Assembly: GCA_035702585.1 (NCBI GenBank)
Contig: DASSQI010000002.1
Location: 59-64,058 of the forward strand
Source: Anaeromyxobacteraceae bacterium
Lineage (GTDB): Bacteria; Myxococcota; Myxococcia; Myxococcales; Anaeromyxobacteraceae
Direction of reading: 5' to 3'
DNA length: 64,000 nt
Shown: positions 45,320 to 53,496 of the stretch, piece after piece
How positions within the stretch are numbered: position 1 is the first letter of the stretch
Layout: every line of letters starts with the position of its first letter
Notes under the pieces: generated by a model
The model's input: only the letters and a program-made list of their open reading frames with translations
Told to the model about the DNA's origin: nothing
Database searches by the model: none
Program-made: the position numbers and the translations under genes

Positions 45320-45781
45320 CTACTTCTTCTTCGGCGGTTCCTTGTAGAACCCCACCGCGCACACCTGGTCGCCCACCTTGGTGACGAGGCTGATCTTCGG
45401 CTGCTGGTCGGAGCTTCCCGGCCGCGCGTACATGTACTCGACCTCCGCGATCTCGCCCGGTCGAGCGACCTTCCTGATCTCCGCCCCAAACGGTTTTCCG
45501 GCCGAGTCCTTCAACGCTCCCTGATCCACTCCGATCCGCTTCGGATTGGCGCCGTGCGCGGACACCTTTCCGTCCGGGCCGCTGCAGAACGGATACAGAT
45601 CGCGGTCGTTGTACTCGCCGCGCGTGATCTTCGAGAGCGTCCCGGTCTTGTCCGTCTTCACGTCGGCTACGACCTTGTCGAGCATCGCCTTCGCTTCGGC
45701 CCTCGTGCCGTATTCTTCGGCTGCGATCGCGACGGTCGCGGCGAGCGCCGCCAGAGCCACGGTCCAACGATACTGGCGCAC
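45320..45781 (-). CDS. periplasmic single-Cache-domain protein
   Basis: 153 aa; signal peptide; NDRDLYPFCSGPDGKVSAHGANPKRIG...DSAGKPFGAEI...VCAVGFYK matches stand-alone sCache proteins. Confidence 0.8.
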   Translation of the reverse strand: MRQYRWTVALAALAATVAIAAEEYGTRAEAKAMLDKVVADVKTDKTGTLSKITRGEYNDRDLYPFCSGPDGKVSAHGANPKRIGVDQGALKDSAGKPFGAEIRKVARPGEIAEVEYMYARPGSSDQQPKISLVTKVGDQVCAVGFYKEPPKKK

Positions 45782-46082
45782 GTCGAACCCCCTTGAGCGT
45801 GCCTCGTCCGACCGCTCGGCTGCTCTGCGATCGCGGACGGGCCATGGCGCGTGGTCTAAGCACGATGCCGCGAACCGCGCCGGGAATCCGGGCTCGGCAG
45901 GAAGTGGTACTCGGCGTCAACCCGCTCGCGATGACCTTTTCAACTTCGGGCGTGAGGTGGGTTCGGCCGTCACGCCAACGAAGCCACTGGCGATCCGCGC
46001 CCGCCGGCGAGCTGCTGCATCAGCCGCTGTACGAGAGACGACCTCCGCTCGCGCGCTCCGGACGCGCACCCGGCGAGAGCCG

Positions 46083-46346
46083 TCACATCGCGGTGATCGG
46101 GTGGTGTCCCGAGGACGACCGGAACTTCGCCACCTCGCCGCGCGCGTTCCGTCCTGTTCCGCCGCGGAGCAACAGCCAGGCTCCGAGCAACAGCTCGCCC
46201 GCCGCTATCGCCTGCGCGGTCGCCGTCGGCTTGCGCAGCTTGTACAGCGACTTCCCCCAGAAGCTGGTCCAGCCCTTGCGGTCCAGGAACTGCCACGCAG
46301 CGTCCGCGACGGACGCAGCGCCGAGCAGGCGCACGATCATCGTCAT
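46083..46346 (-). CDS. small hypothetical protein
   Basis: 87 aa; GGAGGG RBS before ATG; nearly all codons G/C-ending; no family recognised. Confidence 0.6.
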   Translation of the reverse strand: MTMIVRLLGAASVADAAWQFLDRKGWTSFWGKSLYKLRKPTATAQAIAAGELLLGAWLLLRGGTGRNARGEVAKFRSSSGHHPITAM

Positions 46347-46403
46347 CCCTCCCCGCCGAAAGATAGGCGCGCCGACGTCGGGCGCAGCCTCTGAAGTGCT
46401 GCT

Positions 46404-47231
46404 TCAGCGGGGAGTCCACACCTCGACGCAGCATGCGCCCGTCACGCGCGTCGCGTCCGGCAGGCGGTGGGCGCGCTCCGCGATCGCGGCTGCCGCGAGG
46501 TGGTGAGCCGACGGGCCCATCGCGACGAGCGCCTCGCAATCGGATCGCGTCAGCACCATCTCCCACCTGACCTGCCGTGACTCCGCGCGAGCGAAGCCGG
46601 GAGACAGCGCCGCGTCGAGCCGCGTCTGCTTCTCCGCGTCGACCCGGATGAGGTCGAAGGCCGTCCGGAGCTCCGCGAGGTGATCGGGCAGCGGAGTGGC
46701 GACCAGCAACGCGCCGTCGTCGCGGACGATGCGGCGAAGCTCTGCGCCGTTCCGTGGCGCGAACACCAGCATCGCGAGCGCCGCGACGCCATCGGCGACC
46801 GGAAGCGTCCGGCGCGTGTCCGCCACGACCGCCGAGACTCTGGGGTGCGCACGTGCGGCGCGGCGAGCAGCCGCGGCCGACACGTCGATCGCCAGACCCG
46901 CGGGTGTCGGCAGCGCGTCGAGGACTTTCGAGAGGTGCCGTGCCGTGCCCGAGCCGAGCTCGACCGCGATGCCCGGGCCGGCGCGCTGCGCGACCATCGC
47001 CAGCTCTGCCGACAGCGGGTCGAAGTGGCCGGCGCTCAGGAACGTGTCGCGTGCGGAAACCATCGCGTCCGTATCGCCGACGCGAGCACTCCGCCCGACG
47101 ACGAAGTTCACGTACCCGGTTCGCGCCAGGTCGAACGCGTGGCCGGCGCCGCAGCGAAGCGTGCGCCCCTCGAGCGTCAGGTGATCACGGCAGCAGGGGC
47201 ATTGCAGGACGGCGACGACCTCGGGGTGCAT
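46404..47231 (-). CDS. RlmA-like 23S rRNA (guanine-N1)-methyltransferase
   Basis: In ORF 46404-47777; start MHPEVVAVLQCPCC; N-terminal Zn finger C-CC...C-GH, GYVNF, DAMVSARDTFLSAGHFDPL, SAM site VELGSGTA. Confidence 0.8.
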   Translation of the reverse strand: MHPEVVAVLQCPCCRDHLTLEGRTLRCGAGHAFDLARTGYVNFVVGRSARVGDTDAMVSARDTFLSAGHFDPLSAELAMVAQRAGPGIAVELGSGTARHLSKVLDALPTPAGLAIDVSAAAARRAARAHPRVSAVVADTRRTLPVADGVAALAMLVFAPRNGAELRRIVRDDGALLVATPLPDHLAELRTAFDLIRVDAEKQTRLDAALSPGFARAESRQVRWEMVLTRSDCEALVAMGPSAHHLAAAAIAERAHRLPDATRVTGACCVEVWTPR

Positions 47232-47353
47232 CTCGTTCTCCCGAGTTGCCGATAGCTTCAGATGTAGCCGGCGGTCAACGATCGTCGCGATTCTACCGGT
47301 CAGGGCCGTGCCCCGGAGCGAGGTCCTTTCGTTCACATTCCGCGGTGCCGGCG

Positions 47354-47719
47354 TCAGGCGATCGGTGACGAGCCGCCCGCCGGGTCTGCGAACCGCGTCA
47401 CCGCCTCGAGCAGCTCCGAGAGCTCGAACGGCTTGCGAAAGACGAGGTTCGCGCCCGGCACGTGCAGCACCGAGCTCGCTGTCACGACGATGACCGGTAG
47501 CCGGGCGTACTGCGGCACCTTCCGGAGCTGCCGGATGAGCGTCGCGCCGTCCATGTGCGGCATCATGAGATCCGTGACGATGACGGCCGGCGAGGTCGAG
47601 GCGAGCGCGCGGAGCGCCGCCTGCCCGTGTTCGGCGGGCACGACGTCGAACCCCTCGGCGCTGAGCTCGTCGACCATGATCTCCCGGATGTCCGGGTCGT
47701 CTTCGACGACGAGCACCAT
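47354..47719 (-). CDS. single-domain response regulator (receiver only)
   Basis: ORF 47354-47749, probably from MVLVVEDDPD; phospho-acceptor VTDLMMPHMDG, VVTA, KPF. Confidence 0.8.
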   Translation of the reverse strand: MVLVVEDDPDIREIMVDELSAEGFDVVPAEHGQAALRALASTSPAVIVTDLMMPHMDGATLIRQLRKVPQYARLPVIVVTASSVLHVPGANLVFRKPFELSELLEAVTRFADPAGGSSPIA

Positions 47720-47805
47720 GTGTGATTGCACAGCCCTGATGGTGTGCACACCGCGGCGAGTTCGCCGCGTGGCGCACGCTCGATCGGCCGGTCAGTGCCA
47801 GCCGC

Positions 47806-47811
47806 TACAAT
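47806..47811 (+). promoter_or_regulatory. possible -10 element (TACAAT) 6 nt before the EEP gene ATG
   Basis: gccgcTACAATggagcgATG; no convincing -35; would imply a leaderless or very short-leader transcript. Confidence 0.25.
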
Positions 47812-47817
47812 GGAGCG

Positions 47818-48696
47818 ATGTTCAGTCGAGCCGCGCCCCTGCTGATCGCCGCAGCCGTCACGGCGTGCGTCCCGCGCCCCCAGCTCGCGGCGCCCACGCC
47901 ACCCGCGACGGTGAAGGTCGCGACATGGAACGTGAAGGACTTCTTCGACGCGAAGGACGACCCTCGCAAGGAGGACGACGTCCCCGCCGAGGCGGCGGTC
48001 GCGCGCAAGATCGAGCTGCTGGCGACTGTGCTTCGCGAGATCGACGCCGACGTCATCCTGCTCCAGGAGGTCGAGAACGTCGAGCTGCTGCAACGGCTCG
48101 CCGTCGCCGCTGCTCCGCTCCACTACGGCGCATACCTGCGGGAAGGCGCGGATCCGAGGGGGATCGACGTGGCGCTCCTCGCGCGCACGCGGCTGCTCCG
48201 CTACGACGGCCACCTGCACGATCTCGACTCGAGCGGGAAGCCGCTGTGGTCTCGCGATCTCGTCGAGGCGCACCTCGACGCGGGAGGGCGACAGCTCGTG
48301 ATCGTCGGGTCGCACCTCAAGTCGAAGCGTATCTCGCGCTCCGACGACCGGAGGCGCGAGCAGGCCGAGCGAATGAGGGCGGTGGCGGACGACGTCCGAG
48401 CGCGCTGGCCGGCGGCGCTCGTCGTCATCGCCGGCGATCTGAACGACGATCCCGACAGCTGGTCGCTGCAGCCGCTGCTCGAGGACGGGACGTGGGTCGA
48501 TCTCGGGTCGCGCCTCCCGGACGATGCGGCGTGGACCTGGTCGTCGAGAGGTCGCGGGCGATCGCGACTCGACTACCTCATCGTCCCGCGGGCGCAGGAG
48601 GCGCGCGTGCGCAGCCTCACGGTGTGGTCCTCGCCCGCGGTGATGCAGGCGTCCGATCATCGCCCCGTCGTGGCGGTGATCGAGGTGGGACGGTGA
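47818..48696 (+). CDS. lipoprotein endonuclease/exonuclease/phosphatase (EEP) family protein
   Basis: 292 aa; MFSRAAPLLIAAAVTAC lipobox; VATWNVKDFFD, VILLQEVEN, AGDLNDD, ASDHRPV. Confidence 0.85.
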   Translation: MFSRAAPLLIAAAVTACVPRPQLAAPTPPATVKVATWNVKDFFDAKDDPRKEDDVPAEAAVARKIELLATVLREIDADVILLQEVENVELLQRLAVAAAPLHYGAYLREGADPRGIDVALLARTRLLRYDGHLHDLDSSGKPLWSRDLVEAHLDAGGRQLVIVGSHLKSKRISRSDDRRREQAERMRAVADDVRARWPAALVVIAGDLNDDPDSWSLQPLLEDGTWVDLGSRLPDDAAWTWSSRGRGRSRLDYLIVPRAQEARVRSLTVWSSPAVMQASDHRPVVAVIEVGR

Positions 48697-48794
48697 TGCG
48701 CCCGGGGCAGGGCGAGCGTGTGGTGATCGACGCGAGCGGTGACACCATCTCGATCTCGCCCGGCGTGGCCGCGCTCACAGGAGAGCCTCGGTGA
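48696..48794 (+). CDS. 32-codon mini-ORF bridging the EEP and radical-SAM genes (hypothetical)
   Basis: ATG shares its A with EEP stop (tgATG); its TGA overlaps the GTG of the next gene (GTGA); MRPGQGERVVIDASGDTISISPGVAALTGEPR; 27 of 32 codons end in G/C. Confidence 0.35.
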   Translation: MRPGQGERVVIDASGDTISISPGVAALTGEPR

Positions 48795-49492
48795 CGCCGA
48801 GCGGCTCGCGCGATGGCTGTTCGACCGCGAGCAATCCGCGCGACGTCCTGAACGTCGCGGCCCGGATCGTGGCGACCGAGGCGGAGGGCCCTGGGCTCAG
48901 ATACGCCCTATGGGTCCAGGGTTGTCCGCTGCGTTGCGACGGGTGCTGCAACCCGGGGATGCTCCCGTTCGTCAGGGCGACGGAGCTGACGGTGGGCGAG
49001 GTGGCCGCGGAGCTTTGCTCGACCCCGCTCATCGACGGCGTCACCTTCCTCGGCGGTGAGCCGTTTGCGCAGGCCGAGCCGCTCGCCCGGGTAGCGCATG
49101 CGGCGCGCGAGCGCGGCCTCTCGGTGCTCGTGTTCAGCGGCTACACCATCGAGGAGCTGCGCGCGCCCGACCGGCGGTCGTGGACCGCGCTCCTCGCCGA
49201 GACCGATCTCCTCGTGGACGGTCGCTATCAGGCTGGAAATCCTGCCGTCCTGCGGTTCGTTGGGTCCGCGAACCAGCGGCTTCACGCGCTCACGGGGCGA
49301 GGAGCAGCCCTCGCGCGCGAGTTCGAGCGCGGGCCCGACCTCGTCGAGGTGCGCATCGACGGGGCGTCCGCGCCCGTTCTCGGTTCATCTGTTCCACCCG
49401 TCCGCGGAGTGTCCGTGACGATGAACGGCACGCCGGACGGCATCTCAATTTGCTGTGAACCGCGATCAGGTGACACGGCCCGGAAAGCCTGA
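48791..49492 (+). CDS. NrdG/PflA-like radical-SAM activase-family protein (4Fe-4S single-cluster domain)
   Basis: 233 aa; LNVAARIVATEAEGPGLRYALWVQGCPLRCDGCCNP (C-x3-C-x2-C), GVTFLGGEP, VFSGY; no glycyl-radical enzyme gene nearby. Confidence 0.8.
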   Translation: MTPSGSRDGCSTASNPRDVLNVAARIVATEAEGPGLRYALWVQGCPLRCDGCCNPGMLPFVRATELTVGEVAAELCSTPLIDGVTFLGGEPFAQAEPLARVAHAARERGLSVLVFSGYTIEELRAPDRRSWTALLAETDLLVDGRYQAGNPAVLRFVGSANQRLHALTGRGAALAREFERGPDLVEVRIDGASAPVLGSSVPPVRGVSVTMNGTPDGISICCEPRSGDTARKA

Positions 49493-49598
49493 GAACCACG
49501 ATTCAGGGACACGGCGTGGAGCGCCGAGCCGGGCGATTCCCCAATCTGGCCAGCTGCTTGGAGTGGCGATCCGCGAGACCGCGTCTCACCTTGGGACG

Positions 49599-49982
49599 GT
49601 GCCCTGCGATGGCGCGATCCTGGTCGTCGACGACGATCCCGACAACAGGGAGGCGGTGGCTGCGTCCTTCGCGAGGCTGGGCTGCTGCGTCGCGACGGCT
49701 CGCGACGGCGTCGACGCGCTCGAGCAGCTCTCTCGTCGGCGCGTGTGCCTCGTCATGCTGGACATGAACATGCCTCGGCTCGACGGCGCCGGGTTCGTTC
49801 GCGCGGTGCGCGGTGGTGTGCGCCCCGACCTGCCGATCGTGACGATGTCCGCGGGCGAGGATTGCGTGAGGCCCGAGGCCGTGCGGCAGCACCTCAAGAA
49901 GCCGTTCGATCCCGAGGTGCTGGCCGGCCTCGCCGCCGGTGTGTGTGACCAGCCACGATGGCTGCGCTGCCGGGGCAGCTGA
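49599..49982 (+). CDS. single-domain response regulator (receiver only)
   Basis: In ORF 49455-49982; ILVVDDDPDNRE, LDMNMPRLDG, VTMSA, KKPF; start uncertain (GTG 49563 or 49599; codons upstream are poor). Confidence 0.75.
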   Translation: MPCDGAILVVDDDPDNREAVAASFARLGCCVATARDGVDALEQLSRRRVCLVMLDMNMPRLDGAGFVRAVRGGVRPDLPIVTMSAGEDCVRPEAVRQHLKKPFDPEVLAGLAAGVCDQPRWLRCRGS

Positions 49983-50024
49983 GTCCGTCAACGACGTCGC
50001 CGCGAAAGGCTGAGTCCGTCAACG
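49978..50024. repeat. 16-nt direct repeat (31-nt period) spanning the receiver stop codon
   Basis: gctgagtccgtcaacg at 49978-49993 (contains TGA 49980-49982) and 50009-50024. Confidence 0.85.
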
Positions 50025-50081
50025 CAGAGACGACGGCATCGCTGGGGCATCGGCAGGCGCGAGCGCACCCCCGCTCTTTCG

Positions 50082-53000
50082 TCATGCCGCGCGCAACGTC
50101 GCGTACTTCTGCATCAACGCAGGGGGAATGGGCACGTCCAGCTCCCAGAGGACGTTCATCGGCCGACTCCCCTGGTGCGAGCGGTAACGCGCGGGCCCGA
50201 GGAACGTGAACTGGTCCTCGACCGTCGGTCGCACGAACAGGAGGAAGCGCCAGCCGTCCGCTGCGCCTGAGGCGTAGCGTCTGCCGGTGGGAGAGGTGTC
50301 GCTCGTCGTACTCTGCGTCTGCCAGTGGAAGAGCGTCGGCGAGAGCGCGTAATCCTCGTACGAGGTCGTCGGCGAGAAGTGCTCGGCGGACTTGCGAAGC
50401 GTCACGAAGAGCAGCTCGATCTTCTCGTCGCGCAGCCGGTACGTGCCCTCCATCGAGAACACCTGGCGCTCGGGAGTAGACCGCCCGATCGCGGCGAAGA
50501 CCTCCTCGCGGGCATAGGTCCGGTGCGGTGCGAGCGGCCACTCGGGGGGCACGTCCGCGGGCCGGGAGGGCAACGAGACCCGATCCTCGAGCACGCTGCG
50601 CAGCTGCTTCAGCTCGTCGCACAGCGCCGGGTTCGACGTGATCGTCGCGAGCGCCGCCCCGAGGTCCGCGCCCGCTTGCACGGGGGCGGCGGAGTCGGAC
50701 CCCGAACGCGCACGGCGCGCTGGCGCGAGGATGCGCAGCCACAGCATCACGAGTCGGCGACGCGCACGCTCGTCGAGCGGCGTGCCGGCGCTCAGGTCTC
50801 CGTCGGCGAGCGTTTCGAGCTGCGCCAGCCGCGCTGGCTCGTCGACGTGCAGCAGGTTGCGCAGGCGCCTGCCGATCTCCTGCTCGCCCGGGGGCGGCGC
50901 CGCATCGAGCAGTCCGGCGGCGCGCCGCAGAGCCGTCCAGCCCCCCACGCCCGGCTTGTATACGTCCTGCACGTCACGGCCCGTCGCGTCGAGGAACGAC
51001 GCCAGCGTCACCGCGGGGCCGTGCTGGCGGACCAGTGCGCGGAGCTCGTCTGCGAGACGCTTCGTCCCGCCCTGGAGCGAGCCTCTCAGGTTCGCGAGCA
51101 CGTGCTCGCGTGCGATGCGCTCGAGCTCGACGTGGCAGCCGGACGGTAGCGTCGGGAAGCTCTCCTCGACGGCACGTCTCAGGTGCCCGCGCGAGACACC
51201 CGTGATCGCCGTCAGCTTCACGTCGAACCGGTACTCCGCGCGGGCCTGGCCGATGAAGTCGAGGACCAGCGTCGAGATCTTGCCGGAGTGCAGGCGCAAC
51301 CCGCGCCCGAGCTGCTGGAGGAAGATCGTGGCGCTCTCGGTCGGTCGCAGCAGGAGCAGCGTGTCGACGAATGGCAGGTCGACGCCCTCGTTGTAGAGGT
51401 CGCACGTGAACAGGAACGCCACCTCGCCCGCCTTGAGGCGCCGCGGCGCATCGCTTCGAGCGTCGGTCGGCGTCGCTCCGTGCACCGCGAGCGCCGGGAT
51501 TCCGGCCGCCGTGAACACCCGCGCCATGTACTCGGCGTGAGCGACGGAGACGCAGAACCCGAGACCTCGAACACGCGTGGGGTCGGGAACGAGGCTGCGG
51601 AGCTTCGCGATGACGAGCTGGGCCCGGCGATCATTGCCGGTGTACAGGTTGTCGAGTTCGGTCGTGTCGTAACCGCCGCGCTTCCATGCGACCTGCTTCA
51701 GCGACACAGGGTCGGCTATCCCGTAGTACTCGAACGGCGTGAGGAGCTGCTTCTCGAGCGCGTGCCACAGGCGGATGTCCGCTGCCACCCGGTGGTCGAA
51801 CCACTGGAGGATGTCTTCGCCGTCCGGTCGTTCCGGTGTCGCCGTCAGGCCGAGCAGGATCTCCGGGTCGAGTTGCCGCAGCACCCGGTCGTAGCTTCTG
51901 GCCGCCGCGTGGTGGAACTCGTCCACGACGACGAAGTGCCAGTGGCGCGCGAGCCCCGTGAGCTCGTCGCGGCGTGCGTCGAGGGACTGGATGGTCGCGA
52001 ACAGGTGGTCGTATGAGGCGGGCTTTGCGCCGTCGGCCAGCAGCTCGCCGAAGTTCGCGTCGCGCAGCACGTTCTGGAACGCGAGCTGCGCCTGCTCGAG
52101 CAGCTCCCTCCGGTGCGCCACGAAGAGCAGACGAGGGCGCACGCCGCCCCGGATCTGCCGCGCGTAGTCGAACGCGGCGATCATCGTCTTCCCGGTGCCT
52201 GTCGCGGCGACCACGAGGTTGCGACGGCGCTGGTGCTCCTCGCGCTCCACCGTGAGGCGGTCCAGGATCTCGCGCTGGAACTCGTACGGGCGAAGATCGA
52301 AGAACAGGCTGGGCCGTCGCGAGGAGCCGGAGCGTTCACCGGTGAGCGCGGCGGACAGCCTCGTCACCGCGCTGTCGTCGTCGGGATCGTATCGCTCGAA
52401 CTCACCGTCTTCCCACAGGGAGTCGAACGCGCCGCGGAACTTGCGGACGATGTGACCCGCGTCGGCCTCGCTCGCCTTCAGGCTCCATTCGAGGCCGTCG
52501 GACAGCGCCGCCGAAGAGACGTTCGCCGAGCCGACGTACACGGAGCTGAACCCGGTCCCCCGGTGGAAGAGCCAGGCCTTCGCGTGCAGGCGCGTACGCC
52601 TCGAGTCGTAGGAGACGCGGACCTCGGCGCCGGGCAGGCGCGCGATGGCGTCGAGCGCCTCGCGCTCGGTCGCGCCCATGTACGTCGTCGTCAGTACGCG
52701 TAGCCGACGGCCGTCGTTCGCGAACCGCTCGAACGGCTCCTTCAGCCGGCGCCAGCCGTGCCATTTGATGAACGACACGAGCATGTCCGCGGCGTCCGCG
52801 CTCGCGATCTCCGCCGCGAGCTCGGCGCCGAGCCGCGGCTCGCCCTTCGCGTGGGTCAGGAGCGTGGATGTCGCGAGCGGAACCGAGGGCCGCGGCGGTG
52901 GGGCTGGCGGCACGTGGATCGCGAGCAGCAACTCCGGCGGCACGACGACCTCCGCGCCCCGAAGTCCCTCGTCGTCGGCCCGCGTGCGGAGCGCCGTGAG

Positions 53001-53225
53001 CAGCTCGTTCACGAGGGCCGCCTGGCGCTCCACGCCGCGCTCCTTCGTGCGCAGTGCCGCTAGCACGCGAGCGAGCTCATCTCCGAAGTGCCGCGCAAGC
53101 CGTTCGTGCGCGAACGCGACGTCCAGCGGCTCGCGCGCGGCGGGCGCGGTGGCGCCCTCGAGGCACTCGGCCGTCGCCCGCGTGACGATAGAGTCGTAGA
53201 GCCCGGGCGGCAGGCGGCGCGGCAT
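50082..53225 (-). CDS. PLD-family nuclease / SF2 (ResIII-type) helicase / DUF3427 fusion protein
   Basis: In ORF 50082-53318, start MPRRLPPGLYDS; HKD motif LHAKAWLF...GSANVS; Walker A VVAATGTGKT, VVVDEFHHAA, LGLTATPER, helicase-C FTCDLYNEGVDLP...QQLGRGLR; C-terminal LLFVTL...FHWQTQ...FLLFVR...FTFLG typical of DUF3427. Confidence 0.9.
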   Translation of the reverse strand: MPRRLPPGLYDSIVTRATAECLEGATAPAAREPLDVAFAHERLARHFGDELARVLAALRTKERGVERQAALVNELLTALRTRADDEGLRGAEVVVPPELLLAIHVPPAPPPRPSVPLATSTLLTHAKGEPRLGAELAAEIASADAADMLVSFIKWHGWRRLKEPFERFANDGRRLRVLTTTYMGATEREALDAIARLPGAEVRVSYDSRRTRLHAKAWLFHRGTGFSSVYVGSANVSSAALSDGLEWSLKASEADAGHIVRKFRGAFDSLWEDGEFERYDPDDDSAVTRLSAALTGERSGSSRRPSLFFDLRPYEFQREILDRLTVEREEHQRRRNLVVAATGTGKTMIAAFDYARQIRGGVRPRLLFVAHRRELLEQAQLAFQNVLRDANFGELLADGAKPASYDHLFATIQSLDARRDELTGLARHWHFVVVDEFHHAAARSYDRVLRQLDPEILLGLTATPERPDGEDILQWFDHRVAADIRLWHALEKQLLTPFEYYGIADPVSLKQVAWKRGGYDTTELDNLYTGNDRRAQLVIAKLRSLVPDPTRVRGLGFCVSVAHAEYMARVFTAAGIPALAVHGATPTDARSDAPRRLKAGEVAFLFTCDLYNEGVDLPFVDTLLLLRPTESATIFLQQLGRGLRLHSGKISTLVLDFIGQARAEYRFDVKLTAITGVSRGHLRRAVEESFPTLPSGCHVELERIAREHVLANLRGSLQGGTKRLADELRALVRQHGPAVTLASFLDATGRDVQDVYKPGVGGWTALRRAAGLLDAAPPPGEQEIGRRLRNLLHVDEPARLAQLETLADGDLSAGTPLDERARRRLVMLWLRILAPARRARSGSDSAAPVQAGADLGAALATITSNPALCDELKQLRSVLEDRVSLPSRPADVPPEWPLAPHRTYAREEVFAAIGRSTPERQVFSMEGTYRLRDEKIELLFVTLRKSAEHFSPTTSYEDYALSPTLFHWQTQSTTSDTSPTGRRYASGAADGWRFLLFVRPTVEDQFTFLGPARYRSHQGSRPMNVLWELDVPIPPALMQKYATLRAA

Positions 53226-53392
53226 TCGCCGACCGTAACACGGGGACGGACATCCGCTGCGAACACGGTGGCTGGGGCGCGATCGAGCCACGCCGAGCGT
53301 GATTCCACGGGCGTCCACCGGTAAAGTGCGGCCACGAACCGGCGCGAGCCGTGACTCGAGGCCCGCCGCGGTTCCGTCGTGACCCAGTTCTG

Positions 53393-53465
53393 GGGGCGCT
53401 AGCTCAATCGGTAGAGCAGCGGCCTTTTAAGCCGTTGGCTCCGGGTTCGAGTCCCGGGCGCCCCA
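53393..53465 (+). tRNA. tRNA-Lys (anticodon UUU)
   Basis: Cloverleaf by hand: acceptor GGGGCGC/GCGCCCC, D-arm GCTC-AATCGGTA-GAGC, anticodon loop CTTTTAA, T-arm CCGGG-TTCGAGT-CCCGG; 73 nt. Confidence 0.93.
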
Positions 53466-53496
53466 CTCTCAATACCTCAGATGGAGATCGACGGCG

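Noticed and set aside
45782-46082. 300-bp gap between the Cache gene and the small ORF, with overlapping track ORFs (45246-45920-, 45546-46394+, 45793-46506+, 45970-46566-)
   Set aside because: None of the frames gives a protein-like sequence or motif. One frame reads DRQWLRWRDGRTHLTPEVEKVIASGL, but it has an upstream stop and no start. The gap is treated as intergenic or decayed DNA.
33043-53392. Prophage or integrative conjugative element
   Set aside because: No integrase, excisionase, capsid, tail, terminase, relaxase or type IV secretion genes were recognisable. Only a scar-like repeat at tRNA-Glu and an HNH gene are present.
53393-53465. tRNA-Lys as an integration site with a displaced 3'-end copy
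   Set aside because: I found no second copy of the tRNA-Lys 3' end by eye anywhere in the window. The genes downstream (cstA onward) look like core genes. The accessory material lies on the 5' side of the tRNA, which is not the usual geometry.
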